DNA of 63,878 nucleotides, filler included, from Jimgerdemannia flammicorona (Eukaryota): NCBI GenBank assembly GCA_003990765.1. It is 2 parts of 2 records of this genome, joined end to end, with 100 filler letters (N's around TTAATTAATTAA, not from the genome) between each part and the next. Parts side by side here need not be neighbours in the genome. Positions count along the whole stretch, not along the records: positions 1 to 31,893 come from RBNJ01000374.1; 1 more part is not named here. One strand, 5' to 3'. The notes beneath the pieces are model-generated. The model was not told where the DNA came from, searched no databases, and worked only from the letters and a program-made list of their open reading frames with translations. Positions 12,682 to 25,905 of the stretch are shown one piece after another (positions within the stretch are counted from its first letter, which is position 1; each line of letters begins with the position of its first letter). The position numbers and the translations under genes are program-made.

Positions 12682-15600
12682 TCAAGACGGCGACAACAGC
12701 GCTGAGCGCGGCAACGTTCTGTTCGCCTCAACCATCATTTCCATGCTCCCCTCGATCTTCTTGAGCCGTTTCGCCAGGCTTCCCAGAATCTCCTCGATGC
12801 GTACCAACTTTTCCTCGTCGTTCACGTCGTCTTTCTTCAAACAGAGGGCGCGGTGGACTGGGAAAAAGCCGTAGTCAGCCTGTTTTAGGCAGTCTGCGAC
12901 ATAAGACTCTTGCGACGTGTACTCAGTCACATCCTTGAGCTTGAGGTGGAGAAGGAAGAAGAGGTATTGCCTAGGAAGAACGAAAAGAGATGGTGAGCAT
13001 TCGCATGAAAATCTGATGGGGAGGTATATGTGGGTGAAATAATATACCATATATTGTGATCTTCCTTAATGTGCGCCTCAAACCCTTTCTTGGCGTGTCG
13101 TTGGAATTCTGCGGCTTCAATGCTGCAAATGAAGCATGCTAGATTGTTCATGGAAAAATTGCAATTAGACGGATATTTCGAAACAAATAGACATCCAAAC
13201 AAGATTTTGCAATCGTTGGCAAAGTAAACTACCATTATTCATATCTTGCTGGACGGTCGAGCGATCTGTACCCGATGGAGAGAATTTACCAATGCAACCC
13301 AAATATATTGACAAGGCCACAAATGCTTAATTCAACGACTAACAACACATCCACTTACCAGCACGTAACTGCCCAAAGGTATCAAAGATGATACCAAATA
13401 TGACATTCAGCAAGAAGATGACCACAATCAGGAAGAAAGACATCTCAAACAAGACACGCCATCCAAAGGGCTGGCCATCTGCCGGTGGCTCCAGAATATC
13501 TCCTATACCACCACCTGCTCGGACACTATTGGTTCATGTGTGTTGTTTCAGTTGAAGGATCTTTAGCAGGCTATGTTGAAACAAATTGAAAAATAATTAC
13601 CCATGTGACAAAACGGTTACAAAACACTGAAGGACCGAATCGCAGTGAAGCCCCTTGGACACGTCAAAGTCGTTACGGAAAAACATGAAGGCTATCAGGC
13701 TGTGGATATATACAAGCACAATGCCCAATACCACCTGCGAATTCGTGAACATTATGTTGTTAGTGAGTAGTGGTGGTGATTTCTCAAATACTGCAGAATC
13801 AAAATGATAGAAGAAAAAAAAAAAAAAAAAAAAAAAAACATGCCGTCCTAGACAATGGAGTGACATTCATGGTAACACTGGAAATAACACCTTGCAAGAT
13901 CCTATCTCGAAAGACATAATCCAACAGGTGAATCGCGTAGAAGCTTGGATAGATGAAGCCCATGAACGAAAACACGAGCATAGCGGCATGATATAGAAAT
14001 ATTCGGTCGGTCAGGGCCGCAACGATCATGGGGGTCATTGCCTGGTGTCATATAGGATGGATTCGAGAAACACTATAACTAAAGAGAGCTCCATCTCATG
14101 AATTGTAAAATAACTGAAAAACATTTGCGACAAATACATACTGCATCACGAAAAACGAAATCATCGAAAACATCCAAGATGTTCTTTTCGTCACTATCCT
14201 CCCCCTTCGCCTTCTTATCGCTCAAACTGCGGTTGACAAGCACAGGAAGCTGAATCAAGGTGAATTCTGCTGTCGAGAGACCCCACAAGCTGACGTGGAG
14301 CAAGCCCAATAAGATACGCAATGCGTCGTCAAAAGACCCGCATTCCGGCGTCGTCTGTAAGCTCCAGGGGCTATCAACAGACGTAGTAGAGCAGAACAGG
14401 ATGACTAAGTTCAGAGCAAACGTCACTCCGTAGGCAGCCTGCCACCACAGAGAGCTGTAGGAAGCCAAGATTGATAGGTAGGGGTTTTCGACGATACGAG
14501 CTTGATTTTCGATCCTATAAGAAAATTGGTGAGAGGTAAGACGCATTTCAAACAGAAGGAAAGAAACAGATACGTGATACTTTACTCGAAGATAATGTTT
14601 TCGGATTTGATCACAAAATCCTCAATTTTGGCTGAGGGCGAGTCGCTAGCGGGTTTTGAAACAAACCGTGATTGATAAGGAAGATTTTCGATGCCAAAAA
14701 AAAAAAAAAAAAAAAAAAGCAGCAACACGCTATATGGATGTAGTTTACGATATGCATACCGTTTCACTGACCACAAGAACAATTCCTTGGTCTCAGGTCT
14801 TAGATACTTGCAAATTTCAGGAATGGGGAAAAGCACCTGGTTCGGCAAAATGTAGTTAATTATAAGCAACAGACTTAAAGATTGTGCGCAAGGACAGAGA
14901 CTATAAAATGTTAGACAACTTACTCGCGAAAGCTGCTTTTCGGCACCTTTGTCGAGGATAATTTCTATTTTACCAGTGTTCTTTTTGAAGAACTCAAAGG
15001 CGGGATTATTCTGAAACATCGCTTGCTATTTTGTATGTTTTGTGTGAGATTCAAGCGAGCAACACACGTCGGTTTATCAATAGGCGAAAGGTATGTGGGA
15101 TAAATGTGCAGGACATGACATTATGGGGGCGATTACAACAAACCTGATCTTCATCGAATGCTGGGAACAAGGTCATGACCAGCATGCAGTAGAGAAAACC
15201 GCCCTCTAGCCTTTGATAAACGCCTGGCTTGTCAAGATCATCTTTGTTGTGCTCATAGATCGATGTCATATTATCGACGATCGTCAGATCCAGCGTGGAC
15301 GCCATTTCTTTAAAGATGTGATCGCTGCCTTCCAGGCCACCTTCGAGTAAACTGAGGAGACAGATGATAGCCTTGCTCTATATATGATATCAGTGAAAGC
15401 AAAAAGAAGCAATATAAATATAACTGCTTTTGGGATTCCAAATCACATTAACTCGGGACAATATAAAAGTATTACCTTCAATTCGGACACAAGGGTGCTC
15501 GGACAATTGGGGTAAGAATCTCGTAATATGGAGTTGATAGGATTTACGATTTTATTGTTGAAGATGGTGACCTAAAGAACAATACGGGTATCACTATTAG

Positions 15601-18600
15601 CAAGAACGAACACGGCGAAAGTTACTTTTCATAGATGATTTGGCGACCTACTTGATTGTCCAAACAGCCCTTATTTAAAATCAAGTTGTACGGACGTTTC
15701 GGTGTGTCCAGAAATAATTGTATAAATATATGCTGTGGGAGCAAAACACCTTTTCGTAGAAAGCGAATCCAGCCATACCTGCGCTGTTTCGGTGATAGTA
15801 TCTAATACTTGAATAATCAGTCGTAGATTTTGAATATTCGCGATAGGAATAATCGCGTGAAGATATTCAACAGTGTCTTTGACGATGTCGAAGCTTTTGA
15901 TGTTGTCAGGTTGTAATCTCAAGTAGCTCTATTAAATTGAAGGCATGTTTATCGAGATTAACATCAGAGCATCGGTAATGACTTGAAGAATCACGGATCA
16001 CTGCTCACCTGTAAGTGAGAGTTGTGACCCTCAACCATTAGTTGCAACAGCCTCATGATATCTTTCATCACGTCAAAATCCTCTTTAGCAGTACCGAACT
16101 CTGCAGTTTCGTTCATGGCCGAAAGCTGAGTTAGGGCGGTGGATTCAGGTGGAGTTCCGTGTATCGACCAACGTTTTTTAGGCTCCATGAGGTTGGCATA
16201 AGATGCGTGTCTTAACAATTCGCGACCTGTGCTAAAAGAAACCCTATGGGGCTTATGGTTTCGGTGATGACGGATGCGAGGCGATGATGTTTCCGTAGGG
16301 TGCGCAGGCTCTGCAGTGACTACAAAGTTCTGCCGTTCTTGTTTCTGTGCTTCCCGAATAAGAAGGTGCTGTGCCTCTTCCAAAGACGAAATGCCCGATT
16401 GTATGCGGGAATGCATGCAATAAAAGAACCGTTCTTCTCTGTTCGTTAGAGTTAAAATGGAGAGAATCTTAGTCAGACACCACGAAGTGCCTTAAGCTTT
16501 CATCTTTTCATTCGAAATATATATATAACAGTCGTTTGATCACCTTATGCTAAGGAAATAGTTTTCGAGTACATCCTAAGAAAATACGAAATGTGCTTTG
16601 TTGGGATCTTTATATAATGAGCCAGCGGAAGAAATGACATATATCTTGGAATTGATACGTACTTGAACATTCCGGTTTCCTCCGTCCAACAGTACAATGA
16701 GCAGTTTAAGTGCGGAATCGAAAACAGATTGGTATGGCGATGACAGAAGAGTTTGTGCCATTAAGGTGCACCCAAGTCGATTCAGCGTGTTTTGTACAGC
16801 TTCCTTTTTTTCTTCGAGCGTCGCATGCGATTTGAGATCGTGGGATTTCATATTTGAACGCTCGTGGATGAATTCGCCAGGAATGTTTTCAAGAATCTTG
16901 ATCGTTTTAGTCTCAAAACTTTCCGTCATCTTGGTGACTCGATTAGTAGCCGTTGTACTTCCCGAAAGATGATCAATCAAAGATTTGATGTCTTCTTCGG
17001 ATTTTGCATCGGTGAGCCGGAAGTGCGAGCCTAGGATTGCAAAACAAAGCACATGGTAAATGATCAAATGCTTCATTGCAGAAACTATGAATTTTTAAGT
17101 CTAAGAGAAATGTCGTGCATACTTAGTTTTTTGAACTCCTCCGTTTGGAGATCAAGAACATCCTTGTGGACCATCAGTGTTCTCAAAAACCCCTGAAACT
17201 TGACATTGTCATTGACGACGGTCTTTACAGGCCGTTGACCGGTGGGGGAGGGCCATATTTGCGCAATCCGTAGTTTTTCCTTCAATTGGCGAGGCTCAAC
17301 GCTACCCGTGAATCCCGAAATGTTGATCATCGCGTCCATAGCACCCCAGAGATGACGAAGGTTTTTGGGGTCACCATTTGTAAACTGAAGCAACGCGATG
17401 GAGTCATCAACAAGCGTGTTGCAGAGAGTACGGAGATCCCCTTCGGCTGTTGTCTCGGCGGTTATGTGGAATTCGAAAAAAACGCGCAAGAAAATTGTGA
17501 TACCGTCGAAGATATATTTCATGTGGGAGTTATCCCAACCTTCCTTCCTATCCCGCGCCGCCTCAAGTTCAATGCGAGAGTTATCCAATAATCTCATAAT
17601 CGACGGGTTGTCGTGTAGTATCACATTCGAGGTTGCCTCGGTGATCCAAAGATAAACTGACACAAGAAAGCGCAGAAGCGCACATTTCAAAACATATGAT
17701 GTTGATGGATCCAAAACAGAGGATGCGATCGACTTGATCGACAATATTGTACGACAGAACTACATGGGACGAATGTAAATTAACATGTAACGTTATCTAC
17801 TTTCAGGACACAAGGCTTTCAGAGATAAAATTTTCACACTAACCGATTGGCCAGTTTGATTTTCGCCTTCGGTGCACACCGCCAACAGATCAATTAGCTC
17901 CGAATAGTATTCCAACTTTTGCGGGGTAGAGAGGTCCTCACCACTAATAACATAGAAACCTTGATGCTCCATGATCAACCGAACAATAATATCTTGGTTA
18001 CGCTTCACGAGCTTGCCCGACGCCTTGACCAACACATGTAGAAGCCTTAGGTACTGCGCATATCGACCCTCTGAAAGCTCGAGAATGCGTTGAAGATGGT
18101 GTTCCCTCACGCGCACACAGATATGAAGGTTGTCCGAACACATGCGGATTAGTGAAGAAACCATGGGCGGCCGGTACGCAGTTACGGCAATGAGTAAGTC
18201 AAAGTGATCAAGGACGAAAGTATCCTGGCATAGCGGAAGTTGTTTAGTGATATGTCCAAACCATAACGATCTTCACATCCCTCCCTCGATATTACAATCC
18301 CAACCAATCTGACTCGTACACAACTTACCTGTAAATCTTTGTCGCCCACACATAGCTCTTCCAAGAACACCATGCACGCAGCAATAGCTTTTACAGTGGC
18401 ATCCTCATTTTGTTCCCAATCGAAACTGAGATCCACATCATCATCTTCATTTGCCTTGATGTTGTTGAGCGATGTCATCAGATGTACAATGACGTTATGT
18501 GTGTTCAGGTTTTTGAAAATTCGCTTATGCGAGTCTCTCAACCCCCTGTCAAAAACCCTCACTATCTGGTCATCAAGGTCGATCGATACGTTGTCTTTGC

Positions 18601-21600
18601 AAAGTTGTGTGAACTCGTTCACGTGCTTAATGATCATGGGCACATCTGCGATATCGACGATACCGCGGGCGTTCAATGACCTGAATTCTGCAAGGCGCTT
18701 CTTGATTCCGTGATACGCCAGCACTTGCTGTGTTGAGCTGAGGAGTAAAGATTTTTGGGCCTTCATAAAAATATCTTTGGTAAAAAAAAAAAAATCGCGT
18801 TTCAGCAACATTATTTTATATAAAATTGTGAATCACAATCGTATTCTGTCACATCCATCAAAAGAAGCCATGTGAACCGACCTTCGCAATCGTTATAGAC
18901 CCTATGCATCACAACAATGGCAGCACGTTTTAAGGGTGCATATTGATATTTGAGGAGATCCTTTAGAATGGGCATCAATACATCCTCGCGGTTCAGCAAA
19001 TTTGTTTCCCGGAAGATTCTGATAAGCAGTCGGGTTAGTGACAAGGTGGCGACAGGCATCACATTTTTCTCCTTCGGGCTAGGCGATTAATGAGAGAGAT
19101 GGGCGATTCGAATGGTGCGGAAAGAGTGAAGTGAATGAAATGGAAAAGCGCGCAACAACATTATACAAAACGAATTCACGTGATTCATTGGAAATATGGT
19201 AAAATGCGTACTTCTCCAGTTGTTGCCATTCAACGGCGAGGTTACGCACCCGTACTCGGAGACGTAGATTAAATAGCGTGTCCAAGATTTCAAGAATCTG
19301 AATCTTGGTCTCCATGACTGGACAGTTCTGTTCCGTCAATTCAAAGCGCTGGCGCCTAAACGAAGTACCGAAATTCGTTGAGCGTAACGGAGCTTCACAA
19401 TCGTATCAACACCCATCAAAAAGGAATCACAACACACCACAATAGGTTATCATTACTCGGTTCGTCTAGGAACTTGACATGTTGCGCATTCCTAGAAATA
19501 TCGGTCGCGAAGAGGCGAGATTTGAGGAATGGGACTTAAATATTAGAGGTTGCAATGAATTTAGGTCCAATGCTTCCTTTCTGCCAGCACAAGATTACTA
19601 CCTTGCATCCGTCCGACCATCCAATACTCGAAGAAGGGCAGCGACCAATTTCCGTATTTCTGCAAAAGTGCTGTAAAATCCAAGCTTGATTTGCTCATGC
19701 ACAAGCTTGAGCACAGACGACACGAGGATATTCGTACCATGCGCCTCAGTGAGCTAGTATGAAAATAACATCAGTCAAACTGTGAGTATGCACATACAAA
19801 TAGCAAAGCCTACATACGATAGCATGAGTGAGTCCAAAAAGAGGTCATATATCGCGTCCCACTTAACTAACCTGACGCGAATTTTCGTCCAAAAATTGCA
19901 AAATCCATCGTTGCAGGTCCTCGAAAAAGGATGGCGTACGATCGTTGCCCTCAACGCCGTCCCATGGCAGCTCAGTGGACTTGGCGAGTCCTTCGCTAGG
20001 GAAGGTAAAGTCGGAGAAAAGAATAGGCTTGAAAGGCGGAGTGTCTACATATAGAACTGATGACGGTTGCGATTTGAGTCAGGATGTCACATATGGAACA
20101 TAGGCAAAACGCTGCTGCATCTTTCTTGACGCGATTGATTCCCTCCAGCCTACCTCTAAGCAGATTACAAAAGTTGGCACGCAAGTCCATCGGCAGAAGG
20201 GGATCCATCAACGAATTAAGGCAGACATCCTGGCCGACCCAGCTCTGCCGAACCAGCTCGATGGACTTCAGGTTCTTACCCAAACATATCGCCTCGAGCA
20301 ATCCGAGTATGCTCTCCAAAACGACCGTCGCCTCCTTGGTCTCCTCGTCCACAAACCTCTCCAGCGAAAGCCATGCACCTCTCGGTATCTTTAGCTGAGC
20401 AACATTATGTCCAGCCGACACCACACGACCCGCGTCCCCATTGGCATCGCCGCCGGTGACCGAGTGTTTCTCCCACGCAACGCGTGTATGGACAAGAATA
20501 TTACTATCCTCACCATCACGTAGCAACTGTCCGGCAATATAGTCCTGATTCCCGGTAATAGGCCCGGTCCCCGTAACATAGCATAACGCACTTAATACAT
20601 CAACCACCGCCGCAACTTCGTCGTCATCCACTCTCTTTGCGGTCGACGGCTCGTCTTTGCGAGTGGCCATCACGGGACCGATGTGCTCCTGGAGGAAAGC
20701 GACCAGCCTGCCGATGACCTGCTCGCGCGACGCCGCAACCGTCTCCATGATCTTGGAGTTCCCGCCCAATAGCCGCACCAGCATGCGCGCGGGTCCCACC
20801 CCGCACCCGAGGCGTGAAATGAACAGGTCCAGCGACCCGCCGGCCAGCTTGAACACATGTAGCTGGTTCTGCTGCTGGTGGGTGTCATGTTCGTACAATC
20901 CACCACCGAGCATAAAAACCTCCAGCAAGGCGTGACAGAGGCATAGAATGTATTGGAGACGTGGTTCGCGGCCAGTTGCGATATCGTCGAAGGACACGGC
21001 CTCTTCTTCGTCCGATGACGGCGAGGATGTTGCACGAAAGGGCGGGCGTAAGGTGCGCTTGGTGTTGAAAGATACGAGCGCGGCACGAACGAATGCGCGT
21101 TTTTGCAGGTCGAAGGGAATCTGGAGGATGTTGACAATCAGCTGAATGATGCCCACATCGCGGAGAACCGTTTGATGATCTGGGGTTGACAGTTACGATG
21201 AAAAGGTGATTAAGATGGTGGACACGTGTCTCGACATCACAGGTACAGAAGACGGTAGTTTCGGGCCTGCTTGAACCAAAGACAAACCACTTACATTCGA
21301 TCGGTAAGCCAATTCTCTTTCTCTTCAGCGGATCGCGTTCCGGACTCTTTGTGCAGAAATTGATTAACGCGGTCTGCGCGTTCGAGCGGATTCATCAAAT
21401 CCCAAAATTATTATTATTAATATTTAAGATACGCGACTTGAAATACAAGAAGAAAAAAAAAAGGGCAGTAGCTCATGATAACAGTAAGCATATTCACCAG
21501 AATTTCCGCCACCGATTCCGCCTCGAGTTCTCCGATTGGGAACTTGCTAACCCCATTCCCCTCTGCCTGTCCCTCCTCCGTCCCCGCCACCAGTCCAGCC

Positions 21601-22329
21601 TTCCTCGTCTTCTTCAAAAACCAATGCAACCTTGGCACCATCTCGTTAATCCTATTAAACGTATCAACGAACTGCGGCTGGACCTGCGTGAGTGAGAAAC
21701 AGTCGTGGTAGTGAAGTTCCGGTGACGCCGTCAAAGAGGCCACGATGTCGTCCTGGCGCACGTGTTGCCCCCCCTCACTGAGCTGCTGGATGGAGGGCTG
21801 ACCCTGTAGGTCGACGGCGCGGAACCTATGTTTCCGCTCGAGGCGCGGCGAGCTAGTCGGTGAGTAGGCGGAGGCGGTGACGCCGGTCGGCTTGGCGTTG
21901 AGTGAGGTGAACCCATCCGAGGTGGCGTGGAGCCAGCACTTGGTAAGTACATGCCGGATCCGCGCATAGCTACCGAAAGGGATCCCGTGTGACGCGTCCG
22001 ATTCCGTGCCCGTGGAGGCGACGGGCGCAAGTTCAAACAGAGTAGGGTCGTTGGATACTAGGAAGGAGGCACTGGCGGTCAGTCCGAGATGGAAGCCTAC
22101 GGTGTCAGTGTCGGCACGGACGGTGACGTTATTGGGGTCGATGTAGAGGTAGGCACGGGAGGCAACGTGCTTGATACGACAGCGTTTCCTCCAGCGGATA
22201 GTCGAGCCTTTGAGAGGGTCTTCCAATTCGATCTGAGTTCGACATTAAAGTTTCAGAGATTGGTAAAGCGTGATTATACGGGGGATATGCAGGCAGAAGG
22301 AACCACGAACAACAAGGCCTTTACGATTT

Positions 22330-22372
<43 letters not shown>

Positions 22373-23577
22373 CACATGTACCGTACATAAACGCTATACA
22401 TGAACATCAAGATATCATCCTACCTGCCAAAAAGCGATCGGCGAATTGCTCTCTTTCGGGTCAAGCGGGTTCAACACGTGCCTTCTGAGATGCACGCTCG
22501 TCTCGCCCACATGACACTCCGTGTACCCCTCGAGTTCCTTATGATACATGCGCACGAACTGGCCGGCCTTGAGGACGCCCGATTCACCATTGACGGCAGT
22601 GCCGTCGGCGGAGTGGCTGGGGAGGGTTGTACTCGAGTGCCGGCGGATCGTCCACGAGGCCATGCGCGTGTGTGTGAAGACCTCGTAGTAGTTGATGGAG
22701 TAGACATCAGAGTGGAGGGGATGCTTGCCGATGTTGAGGTAGCCTTCGGGGCGGACAGATTGGAGCGCGACTGGAAGGATCCCCATGCGTCGGTGGGAGG
22801 CATTTATGAGTAAGAATGGGTTTTTGTGAATATGCTTTGTTAAAAGTGGCGGCTGGACGCGTCGAAATTTCCGCCATATAAAATAATGTAGATGCAACCA
22901 ACGCACGAATCTTAATTACCTGTGTCGCCGAGTCTGACAGGTTCCCCCTCGACTCTGATCTTAAACCTCGGCATGATCCGAAAGTACCCCCCCGGTTCAC
23001 GCGTCAAATCGACTCTCAAATGCCCCGTCGCCAACTCACACGACTTGGCCGGGTTTACGCTCACGTATTTTCGAAAATGCGCATTGTACAGCCGGATCAT
23101 CTGGCCGTATAGGACGGGCTTGCCGTGCAGGCGGCGGCGTTCGGCCTCGTTCTGTGCATGCTCCTTCGCAGCCAGGTTACGCAAATCTTCTAACTCGTGC
23201 ACCTCCTCAACAGTGGTGGCATTCGAGGTTGCGGCGTTGAGCCACGATGCTGAAGGTAGGTTGTCCGGTTGGAGCTCTGCGCAGTTGCCAGGGTTAGTGT
23301 AGTCGCTGGTGTCGGCGTCGCTGAACTCTGCGACGGAGGTTGAGGAGATGTTGACTGCCTTGAGAAGCTCCTTGCGGGCGGTGAAGCTTTGCTGGGGCTC
23401 GATGCGGAAGATAGAGCAGCCGACGGCCTCACGCGGGAAGGTATCGCTACCTTGGGCTGTTTTGGCGAGGACGCGGGTGTCGATGGGATTTTCGGTTGTT
23501 AGGGCGCGGCTCTCATCGTCGAAGAGGAATATGTTGTCGCCGACACGAAGAAACTGCTCTTGCGGCTGAGCGGACAT
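12682..23577 (-). CDS. ITPR: Inositol 1,4,5-trisphosphate receptor-type Ca2+ release channel, many exons
   Basis: N-terminal FLRVGD suppressor domain, MIR repeats (RIKHVASRAYL, RIRHVLTKCWLH), RIH and RIH-associated regions (RLLQLMVEGHN, GCLDNQ), TM segments, pore VRAGGGIGDIL (~13490-13530), GIIFDTFGQLR, and C-terminal CFIC...HIKEDHNIW zinc motif. Confidence 0.93.
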
Positions 23578-23862
23578 GTCTTATTAGTTATAAAAGCACG
23601 AAATGGAAGGTTCTTTGGATGACAGCGTTGGACTTCCACAACAGTCAATAACAGTCAATGAATTGATGGGTCCGCGATCGCCTGCCACGTGACAAGCATA
23701 CAAGGATATATGGGGCGTGCTGCAACAAAACCAGACAAAGTGAACATTTGACGTCGATATTGGAATTACTTCCTTATTTTCAATCAAGGTCATTTTTTAA
23801 CCTCAATTTGAGCAGTTAATCGACCATTCTGTTGTAATTGGGCTTTTAACTCGTTGATTTCA

Positions 23863-24405
23863 TTAATTGGCTCTTGCGGGGTGAGTATTTTTTAATCTTT
23901 CCACTTTGGCTTCTAACTCCTTTATTCTATCCAACAACTCTTGTTTTTGTCTTTTGTTCCACTTCTTGGATGTTTCTTGAAATTTGGTTATTTCTTCTCT
24001 TTTGACTTCTAGTGTCTCCTTAGTAGCAGATAGTTCTTTTTCCAACTCTTTGGTTTTGTTTTCTAGGTAAAAACTATAAGAATTAGTGATTAACTCTTCT
24101 TCTAGAGTTGGTTTGTTTGGCTTGTCTTTCTCTAAATGACAAAAACATCTCCTTCTATTTCTCTTTAATCTACCACATTCTTCACATCAAGGCAAGTTAT
24201 CATTTTCAAAGTCTCTTTTACAATCTTTATAAATAAAAACTATGTCAAAGAAATCTCCTTTTCTTTCATCATAAGTTACCATTTCATGAGTAGCAGAAGC
24301 AGTAGCAAGGTTAAAGTTGATTGGGTCTTTAAAATCTAGCAAACAGAAATTGCATTTACTCTTTTTGCCTTTGGTAATTGGAATCACATTATAATCTAAC
24401 TTCAT
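23863..24405 (-). CDS. Intronless bacterial-style hypothetical protein (180 aa if TGA=Trp), resembling mycoplasma-related endobacterium (MRE) genes
   Basis: ORFs 24187..24405 and 23863..24045 share a frame and are joined by a stop-free stretch. The only interruption is TGA at 24187-24189 (DNLP-W-CEECGRL). Has CxxC motifs and a Lys/Glu coiled-coil tail, and is very AT-rich. Confidence 0.7.
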
Positions 24406-24413
24406 AATGCTTA

Positions 24414-25800
24414 TTTACTCTTTTGTAAGATATAAGTGTTGAACTTTTCTTGAATTTTTTTTTTTGCTTTCTTTGCTATATATTTGATTTTTGAAAGCCT
24501 ACTTACTTTTTCTCCTCTCAATTCCTTTATTTTTTTTCTCTTTAATAAATATAGTATGTTCCAAACTATATACTTTTTTTAAAAGTTCATTAGTTTGTAT
24601 AACAATTTCACAGTCATATTTAGTCTTAGTACATTTTCATGTCTTTTAATTATCATTTCTTGAACATTCTACTATATTCCATCACCTTTTACTTGCTTAG
24701 AAACCTTCTCTCAGTACCCAGATATCCCAGAACATTCTTATCTTTCTTTAGTACTAAGCATCTTGTTTTAGCTAGTTATAGAATCTTTCAGAATATTGTA
24801 GAATAGTATTAGTCAGCTTTGCTGAGAACTTATTTCTTAGCATTTCTCTTTTTTTCCAAGATTCTTCTGGATCTTTCTTTCAGATCATATATAAATATCC
24901 TTGTTCTCTATCTGAATAAAGCTTAGAATATTTTTTCTCAGAAATCCTTTGAGAATACTTGAACCTTTAAGTATCTCTTTGAGCTACTTTAGACTAACTA
25001 GAACTTCTAGATTTAGCTGCTTCCTCTTAAAGAAACTAGAACCATTACAGTTTTATTATCAAACTGGTCAACTATTTCATTGAATTGCCTTTTTTTTTAT
25101 TTATGAGATTTTTCTAAGTATTTGTCAAATTCTTTTTGTTTAATTTTTACCCTCTCTTCTAGTTCTCTCACTTTTTTCTCTAACTCCTATTACTTTGTTT
25201 CCAGTTCTTTAATTTGTTAAACTTTACTTTTAATAATATCCTTAAAGATGATATCTTTAGTAAGTTTACCTCAAAGTTGACCTCTTGATTTTATTTGTAG
25301 CATAATTTCAGCCTCATCTTTATATAGTTTTTAGTCTTTCATCACTACTTCTCTGCAATACTCAGTTGACCTCCAATAATCTATAATAATTTTTTTGATA
25401 ATTTTTTCTAGTCTTTTCTTATTTTTTCTTTCTTCATTTATATATTATAATTTATAAGTATTCACAATATATTATTTATAAATAGTAGTTATAAATTGAA
25501 CTCTTAATAGTTTGCTAATTAGTTTTCTTAAATCTCTCTCTATATCTTTGATAATATTGAAACAAGAAGCTCTTTTAACTGCCTCTGCTATTATTTAATT
25601 AACTCATTCACTGGCTTTTTGCTTAAATTCAGCTTTCTTTTATTCAGTGATTGATATTTGCTTTTTTAATTCTTGATTTTCTTTTATAATTTCATCAGTT
25701 TCTTATTGTTTATCTGACAATTACTTTTTCAGTAGTTTGATTTTATTTAGTAATTCTTTATTTATATGTTGTTGTACTTCTAAAATATTTACTATGAATT
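24414..25800 (-). pseudogene. Degraded MRE-like coiled-coil gene(s) in tandem upstream of the previous ORF
   Basis: Reads ...GQL(TGA)GKL...KELETK**ELEKKVRELEER...QFNEIVDQFDNK[LTR]TNELLKKV...IQEKVQHLYLTKE*, ending 8 bp before the next ATG. The stops look like CAA/CAG>TAA/TAG changes. Confidence 0.55.
24598..25049. mobile_element. Solo LTR
   Basis: Termini TATAAC (eroded TGTAAC) ... ATTACA, near-TSD GTTTG/GTTTT, internal TATATAAATA and AATAAA. Removing it restores the flanking reading frame. Confidence 0.65.
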
Positions 25801-25905
25801 TTTCTTATTTTTATTCTTTTAATATATATGTATATATTTTTTATGAAGATATAAAATTATTTTAGCAATATCTATAAAAGACTTATTAAAATTAATTTTC
25901 TTTTA

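Noticed and set aside
325..23577. CaMK and IP3R as a calcium-signalling gene cluster
   Set aside because: Only two genes, separated by unrelated ones; no synteny evidence available here.
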